Assembly: GCA_030153785.1 (NCBI GenBank) | Contig: JASKLF010000003.1 | Location: 93,645 to 157,644 of the forward strand | Length of the DNA: 64,000 nt | From: a bacterium | Lineage (GTDB): Bacteria; Synergistota; GBS-1 | Direction of reading: 5' to 3' | Part shown: positions 19,852 through 30,027 of the stretch, in pieces | Layout: the number at the start of each line of letters is the position of its first letter | Numbering within the stretch: position 1 is the first letter of the stretch | The notes under the pieces: model-generated | Databases searched by the model: none | What the model saw: only the letters and a program-made list of their open reading frames with translations | Told to the model about the DNA's origin: nothing | Position numbers and translations under genes: made by a program

Positions 19852-21732
19852 TCAATAGAAATCAGATAACCTGGAACCCTCTTCTTCCTCCTCTTTTAAA
19901 AGAGAGGGACTATGAGCATCCTCCCTTGTTGCCCAAGGTGTCAATGGAAACTTCACAGTCATGGGAACTCTCAAAAAGGGTTGGTCCACTATCAGCTCTC
20001 CTTGAAGCAAGGTTGAAGCTTTCTCTCTTTGAGATCCAAAGAGGTGAGCATATTCATCTTTCTTTAACTCCGCGATCTTCTGATGACCAACAACAACGGT
20101 CGACGCCTGAGTTATAACCCTATAATCTACCTCCGAAGCAGTTTGTTCAGCTCCTATCATTATTATTTTAAAAGACCTTCCCCTTTCGGCTATGTCACGG
20201 AATATGGCACCTAACGGACCTCCGCCAGCTCTTGGGGCATACTTATTAAGTTCATCAAGAAAGACGAAAACCGGCTCCGGTCTTTCCGCATTCTCCTTAC
20301 GGTAAAGAATCTCCTTCAAAATGGCACCAACCACAAACACCTGGGCACGATATCTAAGCTTAGCTATATCTACGACAGTAACCCTACCACTCACATCCCA
20401 GTCTATCTTATAAGAGGGTGGAACATACCTCTCAACCACTTCTCCAAATTCTAAACCCTCGATAGGCTTCCATACCCTGTCTAAATCAAGCTTGCGCGCT
20501 GCCTTTAGCCTTCTTACCATAGCCTTAACTGTTCTTTCTTCAAGCTCCTCCTCACTTAAAAGCCTATTTCTAACTTTATCTGACTTTATAAAACTTTCTA
20601 AGGAAGGAAAATCTGGAGGAATGCCTTCATCATTCAAAACATCATTAGGATCTCTTCCACAAACTTTAAGATAAAGCCTAACCTTTTCTTCATCGCTGAG
20701 AGAATCAGGGTCTACTCTATAATTCTGTCTAAGGTTGGGAAGTTCTTTCTTAACCTTTGCTACAAATTCTCTATAATTTTCCTCAAGTATATCAGATAAC
20801 GCTGACACTGCAAGCTGTAGGTTAACATTTTTAGATAACTCCTCGGGGTCGAACATAAGCTCAAGAAGACCCAGCTTAATTATATCAATTACATCCCACC
20901 CAAACGTCTTAACACCGTAGGTTCTGTGTGTCACATCTGGCGAAAAGTCTCCGCGTTTTGATGGGGCATAATAGCATACATTTTTAAAGGGCTCGGGTAA
21001 AAGCTCCATCTTACGGAACATCTCTTCCCACTCTTCTCTTTTGGGGTTCTTAAACCATTCCGTATTCCACTCGTCCAAAAACAAAAGTCCTTCCCCTTTC
21101 ACATTAAAGATTATGGCTCTTGAGTTAGCAAGTATTCTCAAGGAAGCATCTTCACAGGCCAATCTCTCCCCGGTCTTTAGAAGAGAATAAAGCAAGAAGG
21201 TAGCATACGATGTTTTGGCAGCAACTCCTGAAACGCCAGATATATTTATGTGAGCACCATTATCACCAAGGATGTAAGACAAATCCAGGTAAGCCACACC
21301 GCCGTTCAGGAGAATGCCAGCAGGAAGCGCCCTTTTCTTCCTTTTAAGAGAGACAAAATCGTAGACTTGATCGGTATCTCTTTCATCAACAAGAAAAACT
21401 GGAGACCCGGGGGGAGGAGGAACGGAAATGAAAGGATCTATTCGTGTTACCACAATACGAGCAAGATAAACGGGTAATGTAAAACTCCTATTGGTAGTAA
21501 CTAAAGCCTCCTCAAATCCCTTCATTCCATCCCTATCCCATTTCGTTTCTATCTCAACCACTACACCATAGGTAGTTACCTCCTTAAATCTATCGTAGCT
21601 AAAGCTAATTTTAATCATGTCGTCTATCTGAAGCATCCTGAGAGGCTTCCCGGTTTTCTCATCGAGCTCCACCCTTACCCAAAACTCATAAGGGGTTATA
21701 GGCTTAAGACCACTCACACTACCTATCTTCAA
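19852..21732 (-). CDS. herA: HerA-family ATPase/DNA translocase (Deinococcus/Thermus-like)
   Basis: N-terminal HAS-barrel-like region, variant Walker A HINISGVSGVAAKTS, FNVKGE, Walker B VFLDELNKYAP, RGRS..GAEQ. Confidence 0.85.
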   Translation of the reverse strand: MKIGSVSGLKPITPYEFWVRVELDEKTGKPLRMLQIDDMIKISFSYDRFKEVTTYGVVVEIETKWDRDGMKGFEEALVTTNRSFTLPVYLARIVVTRIDPFISVPPPPGSPVFLVDERDTDQVYDFVSLKRKKRALPAGILLNGGVAYLDLSYILGDNGAHINISGVSGVAAKTSYATFLLYSLLKTGERLACEDASLRILANSRAIIFNVKGEGLLFLDEWNTEWFKNPKREEWEEMFRKMELLPEPFKNVCYYAPSKRGDFSPDVTHRTYGVKTFGWDVIDIIKLGLLELMFDPEELSKNVNLQLAVSALSDILEENYREFVAKVKKELPNLRQNYRVDPDSLSDEEKVRLYLKVCGRDPNDVLNDEGIPPDFPSLESFIKSDKVRNRLLSEEELEERTVKAMVRRLKAARKLDLDRVWKPIEGLEFGEVVERYVPPSYKIDWDVSGRVTVVDIAKLRYRAQVFVVGAILKEILYRKENAERPEPVFVFLDELNKYAPRAGGGPLGAIFRDIAERGRSFKIIMIGAEQTASEVDYRVITQASTVVVGHQKIAELKKDEYAHLFGSQREKASTLLQGELIVDQPFLRVPMTVKFPLTPWATREDAHSPSLLKEEEEEGSRLSDFY

Positions 21733-22789
21733 CTAAATCCCTCCTTTCGAGAAGGGAACTTAGATAGTCACTGGGCAAGAAAAATGAAGAAAGCCAAGAC
21801 TCCAGAGAAGCAACTATTGGGAGATTTTCAGGACTTCTCGGAAGATCACACCCTCTAATGGTCATCTTGGAAATAAAGGACGCTAAAAAGTCAAAGGCTT
21901 CCAAGATTTCCTGCTTTAGAAACTCTCTTCTATCATCGTTTTCGAAATCCCTTTTTAAAATCAAGGTTTCCAAGCGCACTATCCCCTTTAAAGGGTTCTC
22001 CCCACTCTCAAGTTCAACAAGCCTTAAGTAACACATTATCCTTAAGATATCTTCCGGATCCCTAAGATAAACAGCATAAAATGGAGTTCTTTGACCCTTC
22101 CTTAGGCCCCTCACCAAGCTCATAAAGGATGTAGGTAGGTGCTCCCTAATAACTCGCTTGACGAGCCCCACCGGTCCGTAATCCTTCCCCCCAAAAAGAG
22201 GAGAACCAGGGTGAATCGTCCCATCTTTAACAATAAAGCCATCTCTACTCGAAACCAAATTCCTCAAATAAGCTCCTTCCTCGCTAAGGAGTAAATTGTT
22301 AACCGTTGCTGAAACCCTATCCTCTCCCTCACGGGAAAGCTCTCTTATCTCAAAAGGAAAAGCCTCAAGGGTAGGAAAGTAAGTTTCTCTTTCAAGAATT
22401 TCTTTCGTTCTATTCTCAGGCAAAACTATAAACCTTCTTATAAGAGGGGATTCGCACGTTTTAACCCCACCTTCACTCCATACGATATGACCTATAACTA
22501 TCTCCGCAATTCCTCCCACGACCCCATCAAAGCCTTGTAATCTCTTATGTATTTTTCTAACACCATCGACAAAGATAACTTTCTTAACCTCCTCACGTCT
22601 CCTTTCCTCGCCTATCCACTCCCTCCAAACCTCGGGTTTTAAGGGTATCTCGTGAAATTCCTCTTCCTCCGCAAGTCGAAACTCCCTTTCCACAGGATAA
22701 TGATAAAAAGGAACGTCCTCCCCCGTGTGCCAATGATCGGGATACATTCTCGCATCGCTTAAAAGCTTCAACATATTTAAGCCCACCAT
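21719..22789 (-). CDS. nurA: NurA-like 5'-3' nuclease
   Basis: IFVDGVR, VKDG, GLVKR, GQRTP, GIVRLE, PRSPENL motifs; overlaps herA. Confidence 0.7.
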   Translation of the reverse strand: MVGLNMLKLLSDARMYPDHWHTGEDVPFYHYPVEREFRLAEEEEFHEIPLKPEVWREWIGEERRREEVKKVIFVDGVRKIHKRLQGFDGVVGGIAEIVIGHIVWSEGGVKTCESPLIRRFIVLPENRTKEILERETYFPTLEAFPFEIRELSREGEDRVSATVNNLLLSEEGAYLRNLVSSRDGFIVKDGTIHPGSPLFGGKDYGPVGLVKRVIREHLPTSFMSLVRGLRKGQRTPFYAVYLRDPEDILRIMCYLRLVELESGENPLKGIVRLETLILKRDFENDDRREFLKQEILEAFDFLASFISKMTIRGCDLPRSPENLPIVASLESWLSSFFLPSDYLSSLLERRDLVEDR

Positions 22790-25095
22790 GCTCTACCTCC
22801 ATTCACCATAAGCTTCGTTGTAAAGTAATCAGCAAAAACAGGGTCATGCGTTATGATTCCTACAAGCTTGCCAGTATTATCAAGCTCCAAAAGTTCATGA
22901 GCAACCATTCCCAAGTTCTCCCTATCCAACGGAGAGAAGCCCTCGTCTATGAAGAAAGCCTCAAGCCCTCCCGCCAACACCTCCGCGATACCCAACGCCA
23001 GAGAAAGTGATATCAAAACTCTCTCTCCACCAGATAAATCTTTTATACTCCTTCTCCCCCTTCCTATTTCCTCATCAATCACAAAAAGCTCCAATTCCTC
23101 AGTAGCTTCTATAGAATACCTCCCTCTCGTTAAGCGTGAAAGATACTCGTTCGCTCGCTCTGACGCCTCAATTAGATAATGGGAAACCAGAAACTTAGGG
23201 AAATTGCTATCTGATAGGTTCTTCTTAAGCTCACCTAATAAAGCAACCTCCTCTTGCAAAATTTCAACTTTTTTCTTAAGAGAGACATAATTTTCAATAT
23301 CCCTTTCTATGATTTCAAGCCTGCTTTTCTTCGCCCAGACTTCAGAGTTCAAAGAAATTTCTTTCTGCCTTAATGATCTTAGCTCAGATTCGCATGACTC
23401 TATTTCTCCCTGTATCTCCCGGAGATCCGCTGACGAACCCAGCTTTGCCTCCATATTAACTATCCTCTCTGACAATAGTAAGATTTCCTCATCCAACCCC
23501 TTTAGGTCTTCTTCTAATCTCGACCTTTCCTTCTTCAGGCTCCCCAAGGATGCCTCAAGAGCACTTAGTCTGTTTCTCACCCCTTCCTTCTCTTTGCGCA
23601 ACTTCTCAACTACCTGCTCTTTCTCCTTCTTAAGGGAATCTATACTTTCCTGACCAAATCGCTCCACAATAGAAGCAAGGATTGACTCCGCCTCCCTTTC
23701 CTTCCTCTGAACATCGCTTTTCAAAGATGCTATTTCTTTAAGATACTCTTCCCGCGACATTTCCTTTTCCTTGACCTCTTGTTCAATTCTTGCAAGCTTC
23801 TTTTGCCCTTCCTGCAGTCTCTTTAGAGCTTCATCATGAAGCCTCTTACATCTCCTCAGCTCCTCATACCCCACCTCGTAACTTTCCGATGGTAAAAAGG
23901 AAACCACCGAGCCACATAAAGGACACGTATCTCCCACCTTTATGTTCTTTCTAAGCTCATGTATAAAATATCTATCACGAGCATTCTCGTAGTCTTCTTT
24001 GAGCTTCTTCTCTTCTTCCGCAAGCTTTTCACAACTCCTCTTCTGCAACTCAAACCTATTTTTGAGCTCCACCAAGTCGTTATCTAACTTTTCAAGTTTC
24101 ACCGATCTATTTTCAAGCTCACCCTTTAAAGAATAGAGCTCCGCTCTTAAAGGCAACAATTTACCCCAAGCTTCTTCAACTTCATCAGATATCTTCTTTG
24201 CTTTCTCATATTCCCTTTCCAATTCATCCAAAAGAGAAAGAAGTCGTTCCCTTTCTTCCAACTTAACCCGAGTTTCCTTCTCTATCTCTGAAATCCTGGA
24301 TACTATTGCCCTTTTCTTCTGCTCCCATCTTTCTTTCAGCTCTTTATCTTTTACCAATTCCTTAACTAAGCCTTCTCGAACTCTAAGAATATCCAGCTTC
24401 TCTTCCAACAGCCTTATTCTTTCCCTAATTTCCTCCATCTCACCATCTATGTTTCTTATCTCGAATGAGAGGCTTTCTTTTTCTTTATTAAGCTTTTCTA
24501 AATCTATAGGTTTTATTTGCTCCATATAGCTTCTTAATTCCCCATCCTTGCTCTTTAAGTCTGAATCCACGTATTCTATGACACGTAAAAGCTTGGTGCC
24601 CCCCAAAAGCTCTTTCAAAACCTTCATTCTTCTGGTTCCCGTAAGCTCCAAAAAGCTTGTAATCTCCCCTTGAGGAAGCAAAACGGTGGTTTTAAAGGTA
24701 TCACTGGTTAAACCTAATAGCTTCTCGAGCCTCCTTGAAGCCTCTCTTGAAGAGCTCACTCTCTCAAGAGAATCAAGGCACTCCAGATAAACAGCGCTAT
24801 TCCTTCTTTCGCCAGAAACGTAAACTTCCCTCTTTATTCTCCATCTCTTGCCGTGGTGTGAAAACTCCAGCTCCACTAAAGCCCTCCCCTCATTAGATGC
24901 GCGGTTTATCACCCCCTCGTATCCTATACCATGCCTAAGGGTTTCACCATACAGTGCAAAAAATATGGCCTCAAGAATACTGCTTTTGCCAGCCCCGTTT
25001 GGCCCTTGTATTATAAAGAGTCCCTTTCCTTCGAAAGATATATCTAACTCGCGAATCCCTATAAAGTTCTTTACAATGAGCCTAAGAGGCCTCAT
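22777..25095 (-). CDS. sbcC: SbcC/Rad50 SMC-like ATPase
   Basis: GPNGAGKSS, LPQGE Q-loop, CPLCG zinc hook between coiled coils, LSGGE, FIDEGF, ITH. Confidence 0.95.
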   Translation of the reverse strand: MRPLRLIVKNFIGIRELDISFEGKGLFIIQGPNGAGKSSILEAIFFALYGETLRHGIGYEGVINRASNEGRALVELEFSHHGKRWRIKREVYVSGERRNSAVYLECLDSLERVSSSREASRRLEKLLGLTSDTFKTTVLLPQGEITSFLELTGTRRMKVLKELLGGTKLLRVIEYVDSDLKSKDGELRSYMEQIKPIDLEKLNKEKESLSFEIRNIDGEMEEIRERIRLLEEKLDILRVREGLVKELVKDKELKERWEQKKRAIVSRISEIEKETRVKLEERERLLSLLDELEREYEKAKKISDEVEEAWGKLLPLRAELYSLKGELENRSVKLEKLDNDLVELKNRFELQKRSCEKLAEEEKKLKEDYENARDRYFIHELRKNIKVGDTCPLCGSVVSFLPSESYEVGYEELRRCKRLHDEALKRLQEGQKKLARIEQEVKEKEMSREEYLKEIASLKSDVQRKEREAESILASIVERFGQESIDSLKKEKEQVVEKLRKEKEGVRNRLSALEASLGSLKKERSRLEEDLKGLDEEILLLSERIVNMEAKLGSSADLREIQGEIESCESELRSLRQKEISLNSEVWAKKSRLEIIERDIENYVSLKKKVEILQEEVALLGELKKNLSDSNFPKFLVSHYLIEASERANEYLSRLTRGRYSIEATEELELFVIDEEIGRGRRSIKDLSGGERVLISLSLALGIAEVLAGGLEAFFIDEGFSPLDRENLGMVAHELLELDNTGKLVGIITHDPVFADYFTTKLMVNGGRAWWA

Positions 25096-26245
25096 CTTCC
25101 CTTTCCACCCTTTCATAGTAATTCTTGAATTTCTCCAGAAGGGAAGGGCTCTGTATTCCTCTCATCTTTAGATACTCTTCAAAAATCTCAACAAGCCCTT
25201 TATTTCTTAAAGTGGCTATTTTCTTCTCCTCCCTGGCCCTTTCCCTTTCCAAAACAACCTTTACTATTCTCTCATCCATAGAAAAAACGTTATTAATATA
25301 GTATGAGGGGCTAAAGGTTGTACCCCCGGAGATGTCTATAATAACCCTTATATAGGCATCTTCTTCATAACTTTTTAAGAGATCTTTCAACCCAACAATT
25401 TCAGAAACCGACAGTTTAAAAGTTTTAAGAGGCTTAGAACTAACACTTATAGGATCAACTTTTACCCCTTCCCCATCACGAAGCTCTACCCACAAAGCAC
25501 CTACGGTATTATTCTCCTCACCAAAACCCACTCTAACTAAACTTCCGCAATAATAAGAGGGAACAGAAGCTCCAGGGATCCGCCGTTGAGAATGTATATG
25601 GCCCAAGGCAGCATAGTCAAAAAGCTCGCTACTTAAGAAATCCTTGGGAACAAAGAACTCGGAAGAAAAGGTAATTTCGTTTTGATAAGAAACCCCCTCA
25701 ACAGAAAAATGACCCAAAAGTATATTCCATCTATCTAGTCTTGAAAAAGATTTATATTTATTTTTATAGATAGATAGAAATTCCCTTGCTCTATCCTGAA
25801 GTTCAGAGACCTGAAACTTCTTTAACAAATTCCTTAAGGAAAAATAGGGAAAGTAATAGAGCCTGAGGTTCTCTATAGCTTCGAGAGGTTCCTCACCAAG
25901 TGTTGACAAAATATATATGCCCATACGTGAAGAAAAAGGATTATAAGTAGCAAGCCCACGCCAATCGTGGTTACCTAAAACTATAGCGACAGGAGCTATC
26001 TTAGAAAACTCTATTATACGGGACAAAACTTCCTTCGCATCGTTTTCAGAGGGAGCAACATAGTGGTTAAAGAGATCACCACAAATCAAGATACAATCGG
26101 GCTTATTAGAAAAAGCGTACTCGTATATCTCATCTAAAGCCTTCCTTATCTCTGGGTTTCTATCCACAGACCGAGGAGATTCTTTCCAAGAAACAAGTCC
26201 CCAGTGCCAATCACCAGTATGAAGAAGCCGAAGAGGAGCTCTCAC
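25082..26245 (-). CDS. sbcD: SbcD/Mre11 nuclease
   Basis: LHTGDWHWG, GDLF, GNHD, YAALGHIH, YCGS. Confidence 0.95.
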   Translation of the reverse strand: MRAPLRLLHTGDWHWGLVSWKESPRSVDRNPEIRKALDEIYEYAFSNKPDCILICGDLFNHYVAPSENDAKEVLSRIIEFSKIAPVAIVLGNHDWRGLATYNPFSSRMGIYILSTLGEEPLEAIENLRLYYFPYFSLRNLLKKFQVSELQDRAREFLSIYKNKYKSFSRLDRWNILLGHFSVEGVSYQNEITFSSEFFVPKDFLSSELFDYAALGHIHSQRRIPGASVPSYYCGSLVRVGFGEENNTVGALWVELRDGEGVKVDPISVSSKPLKTFKLSVSEIVGLKDLLKSYEEDAYIRVIIDISGGTTFSPSYYINNVFSMDERIVKVVLERERAREEKKIATLRNKGLVEIFEEYLKMRGIQSPSLLEKFKNYYERVEREDEAS

Positions 26246-26265
26246 AACTCATCACCTCAACGGCC

Positions 26266-26274
26266 ATTATACCA
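26266..26274 (-). promoter_or_regulatory. Extended -10 promoter of sbcD-sbcC-nurA-herA
   Basis: TGGTATAAT in the 39-nt gap, followed by SD GAGGTGA. Confidence 0.6.
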
Positions 26275-26284
26275 TAACAAAAAT

Positions 26285-27685
26285 CTAAATCTTAGTTTTT
26301 ATCTTGAAAGCGTCAAAGGAAAGGGTAGCATCCTCAATAATTTCGATCCTTTTGCTGTAAGCCTCTTCCCATTCTAATTTAACCCTGTCCAGAAAAGCTT
26401 TAAAAGCAGGATTAACCCTTATTTCTAAAACACGGTCCTCACCGAGCATAAGAAACTTCTTAAGTCTTCTCTTGATATCCATAAGAAGAGTGTCTTCACT
26501 TAAAACCCAGCCCCTTCCACTACAGTAAGGACAAGTCATGCCAAGTCGCTCAATGAGATCAGGTCCTTCTCTTTCTCTCGTAAGTTCAAGAAGCCCAAGG
26601 GGACTGAAGGAGCATATTTCCACTTCTCTTTTGTCTTTCTTTAACTCCGAAGCTAATTCCTTTATCAAAATTTCCTTGCTCTTCTCATTCCTCATATCGA
26701 TAAAGTCTATTATAACTATGCCCCCTATTCCTCTTAATCTGAGCTGACGAGCTATCTCTCTTGCCGCCTCGATATTCGTAGTTAAGGCGGTTTTTTCGAA
26801 GTTCTCTCCCCCAACAAAACTCGAGGTATTGACATCTATAACTGTTAAAGCCTCAGCTCTATCTATGACTATCTCTCCACCACAGCTTAAGGGAACCCTT
26901 CGCAATAAAAGCTTGTTAAGCTCATCCTCAACTCCATAGGCTTCAAATAAGGAAATCGTCTCAAAATTGTGATAAAGAAATTTAACTTCAGGTTCACCTT
27001 TACCCCATTTCCCCAAAATCCTCTTAACCTCAGATAAGGCTTCCAAGCTATCCGAACAAATTTCCTCCACCTCAGGAGAAAACCAATCTCTCAAGACCTT
27101 TTCTATCAAAGGAGGCTCGGAGTAAAGCAATGAAGGAGCAGGAGAAGCATAAAACTTTTCCATTATCTCTCCCCACAAAGAAAGAAGCTCCGAAAGATCG
27201 CCAAGAATGACTCTTTCGTCTTCACCCCCTGCCACCGTTCTAGCCACAGCTCCAAAGCTAGGAGGCAAGGATTTCTTAAGCAGTTCCTTTAACCTCTTCC
27301 TTTCCGAAGGCTTGCTTATCCTTCTCGAAACCCCCACTCTGTTAGAGCCAGGAAGGAGAAGCACATAATGACCTGGAAGAGAAACCTTCACAGTTAACCT
27401 TGGACCCTTCAAATCCTTACCTTCTCTAGCAACCTGAACTATGACCTCATCCCCTACCCTAAGTTTTCCATCTACATCCTTAAGAGGAAGAAAACCGTTT
27501 TTCCCTATACCTATGTTTATAAAAGCTGCTCCCATCCCTGGGAGAACCCTTTCTACCTTTCCCTTGTATATATTCCCCACTATATCCTTCATCCAAGGTC
27601 TCTCAATAAAAAATTCTATTAACGCCCCATCTTCAATCAAAGCTATGCGAGTCTCTTCATCTACGCTGATCAATATCCTAATCAA
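26285..27685 (-). CDS. rng: Ribonuclease E/G family
   Basis: VGNIYKGKVERVLPGMGAAF (S1), VIDVNT, RLRGIGGIVIIDFIDM, CPYCSGRG; start uncertain. Confidence 0.93.
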   Translation of the reverse strand: MIRILISVDEETRIALIEDGALIEFFIERPWMKDIVGNIYKGKVERVLPGMGAAFINIGIGKNGFLPLKDVDGKLRVGDEVIVQVAREGKDLKGPRLTVKVSLPGHYVLLLPGSNRVGVSRRISKPSERKRLKELLKKSLPPSFGAVARTVAGGEDERVILGDLSELLSLWGEIMEKFYASPAPSLLYSEPPLIEKVLRDWFSPEVEEICSDSLEALSEVKRILGKWGKGEPEVKFLYHNFETISLFEAYGVEDELNKLLLRRVPLSCGGEIVIDRAEALTVIDVNTSSFVGGENFEKTALTTNIEAAREIARQLRLRGIGGIVIIDFIDMRNEKSKEILIKELASELKKDKREVEICSFSPLGLLELTREREGPDLIERLGMTCPYCSGRGWVLSEDTLLMDIKRRLKKFLMLGEDRVLEIRVNPAFKAFLDRVKLEWEEAYSKRIEIIEDATLSFDAFKIKTKI

Positions 27686-28268
27686 GGTGCTCAACCTCCC
27701 CAAAGGGATTAATTAAAACCTCACCCTCAAACCTCCATGAACCAATTCTCCTTATTAGAAAAACCTTCTCCCAAGAAAGCCCAGAAGAGAAAAGAAGCTT
27801 AACTATGCCCACAGTATTTGCTTCTTGAAAAAGATAAAGCCTAACAACCTTCGAGGATAACCTATCCACCCTGTGAAGCTTTGCTCCGAAATTTGTAAAG
27901 TCAAGAGGCTCTTCCTCTCTTAAGAAAAGGTCATAAACCGCAAAGTTAACAAATTTTGAGATTTCAAAGGCAGGTGCAATCTCACATCTCGACATCCTTA
28001 GCTCCTCAGGAAGCTCTCTATTTAACTTTTTAAGCACCTCTTCTGAAGACATCTCTCTCTCAAGCTCTAAGTCTAAGTATTCCCTTAAGCCCTCAACACC
28101 GATTGGTAAGGGAATCCCTAACATAACCTTCATCTGTGGAGAAAAACCCAAGGTGTAACTTACAGGTATAGATGCCCTTCTTATGGCTTTTTTTAAAGAG
28201 TTAAGCCAATCAAGATGGGATATAAACCTAAAGGGACCGATTTTTCTGTATTCCAGCCGCAATCTCAT
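27678..28268 (-). CDS. Radical SAM-linked protein (TIGR03936/DUF2344-like)
   Basis: RFISHLD..RRASIPVSYTLGFSP..PLPIGVE; adjacent to the radical SAM gene. Confidence 0.85.
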   Translation of the reverse strand: MRLRLEYRKIGPFRFISHLDWLNSLKKAIRRASIPVSYTLGFSPQMKVMLGIPLPIGVEGLREYLDLELEREMSSEEVLKKLNRELPEELRMSRCEIAPAFEISKFVNFAVYDLFLREEEPLDFTNFGAKLHRVDRLSSKVVRLYLFQEANTVGIVKLLFSSGLSWEKVFLIRRIGSWRFEGEVLINPFGEVEHLD

Positions 28269-30027
28269 TTTTTATACCCCACTTATGACAGACTCCACAC
28301 AGTGAGCACGACCCAAACCTGCAATCCTCGGTAACTTTTCCCCTGATAGCCTTCCTATGCTCCGATATAAGAAAGTCTTTTGATATTCCAATATCTATGA
28401 AGTCCCACGGCAAATCTTCAGAATAAGAAATCTTTCTTTGAGCATACCAGTAAGGGTCAAGCCCTTCTTCCTCAAAAGAGGAAAACCATAAATCCATTTT
28501 CAGCGCTTCATTCCAGCCATCAAATCGCGCTCCCTTTTTCCATGCCCTTTCAATTACGGAAGCGATCCTGCCGTCTCCCCGCGCTAAAACTGCCTCCAAA
28601 AAGCTAAGATTAACATCATGATAATGAACTTCTATATCCCTACCCTTTAAAGATCTTTTAATGAACTTTAGATTCTCGCTGAGATAACTTAAACTGTACT
28701 GCCCCTCCCACTGAAAAGGAGTATGAGCTTTTGGAACAAAGGAGGCAAGACTAACGGAAAGAGAAAATCTTCTATTAAACTTCTTCCCAAGCCTATGAAT
28801 AGCCTTAACGAGGGACACCAAACCCCTTATGTCTTCATCGGTCTCAGTAGGCAATCCAACCATAAAATAAAGTTTAACTCTATTCCAGCCCCTTTTAGAT
28901 AGTTCCTCGACCGTTCTAAATATATCGCTTTCGGTCAGGTTTTTATTTATTACATTCCTAAGTCTTTGAGTTCCCGCCTCGGGTGCAAAAGTCAATGTAG
29001 TTTTTCTTCCCCCATTTATCATCTCATCAGCCAGCTTAATTGAAAAGGCATCCATCCTAAGCGAGGGAAGAGAAAAGGTTATCCTCATTCCTCTTTTATC
29101 CATCTCACTTTTTATAATTGCTAAGGCGCTTTCGATCATCGAATAATCACAGGAAGCCAAAGAAGTCAAAGACAACTCTTCATACCCCGTAGAACAAATT
29201 AAACTCTTAGCAAGATCAACAACTTTTTCTAAACTCCTCTCGCGAACAGGCCTGTATATCATACCCGCTTGACAAAACCTACATCCTCGCGTACATCCTC
29301 TAAAAACTTCAATAGAAACTCTGTCGTGAACTATCTCGCTCCAAGGCACAAGGTCAACGCAAGGATAAAAGGCCTCGTTTAGGTCTGGAATTATATGCCT
29401 TTTAACAACTTTCTTATTGGAGATCAAGGGAACCCACAGCCAAGGAAACCTTTTATCCGCTTCTCTTAAAAACTCACTTCTCCTTAACCCATGTTTTTTA
29501 CAATCTCTGTATAGCTTTAAAAGCTCTAAAAAGGATTCCTCTCCATCTCCTAATAGAAAACAATCGAAGAACGGGGCATAAACCTGGGCAGTAAAGGCCC
29601 CTGGTCCCCCTCCAATTACTATAGGAGCATCCTCCTCTCTATCCTCCGCTCTTATAGGAATGCCACCAAGATCAAGCAAAGTCAGTATATTAGTAGCGTT
29701 CATCTCATACTGCAAGGTTATACCAACAAAGTCAAACTCCTTAAGAGGCTTAAAACTCTCAAACGACCTAAGAAAGTCACCCTGACTCCTGATGTAAGAC
29801 TCGGCATCTATCCAAGGGGAAAAAGCCCTCTCAACGGCAAGCCAGTAAAAACTATTGAGATACCAGTAAAGTATTTTATAACCAAGGTAAGACATGCCTA
29901 TCTCATAAGTATCTGGATAAGCCAAACAAACCTTAACTTCCGCCTTGTCCCAATCCTTTGAAGGGGTATTCCACTCCCTACCTATGTATCTCGATGGACG
30001 AGAAACATAAGAAAGCCATTCTACCAA
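28228..30027 (-). CDS. Radical SAM protein (TIGR03960-like)
   Basis: PSRYIG, YPDTYEIGMS, RGCTRGCRFCQAG, FAPEAGTQRLR. Confidence 0.9.
   Translation of the reverse strand: MVEWLSYVSRPSRYIGREWNTPSKDWDKAEVKVCLAYPDTYEIGMSYLGYKILYWYLNSFYWLAVERAFSPWIDAESYIRSQGDFLRSFESFKPLKEFDFVGITLQYEMNATNILTLLDLGGIPIRAEDREEDAPIVIGGGPGAFTAQVYAPFFDCFLLGDGEESFLELLKLYRDCKKHGLRRSEFLREADKRFPWLWVPLISNKKVVKRHIIPDLNEAFYPCVDLVPWSEIVHDRVSIEVFRGCTRGCRFCQAGMIYRPVRERSLEKVVDLAKSLICSTGYEELSLTSLASCDYSMIESALAIIKSEMDKRGMRITFSLPSLRMDAFSIKLADEMINGGRKTTLTFAPEAGTQRLRNVINKNLTESDIFRTVEELSKRGWNRVKLYFMVGLPTETDEDIRGLVSLVKAIHRLGKKFNRRFSLSVSLASFVPKAHTPFQWEGQYSLSYLSENLKFIKRSLKGRDIEVHYHDVNLSFLEAVLARGDGRIASVIERAWKKGARFDGWNEALKMDLWFSSFEEEGLDPYWYAQRKISYSEDLPWDFIDIGISKDFLISEHRKAIRGKVTEDCRFGSCSLCGVCHKWGIKNEIAAGIQKNRSL

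Noticed and set aside
19852..22789. HerA plus nuclease as an anti-phage system (Sir2-HerA, DUF4297-HerA)
   Set aside because: The partner looks NurA-like, the pair is coupled to sbcCD, and the context is core genome with no defence or mobile genes
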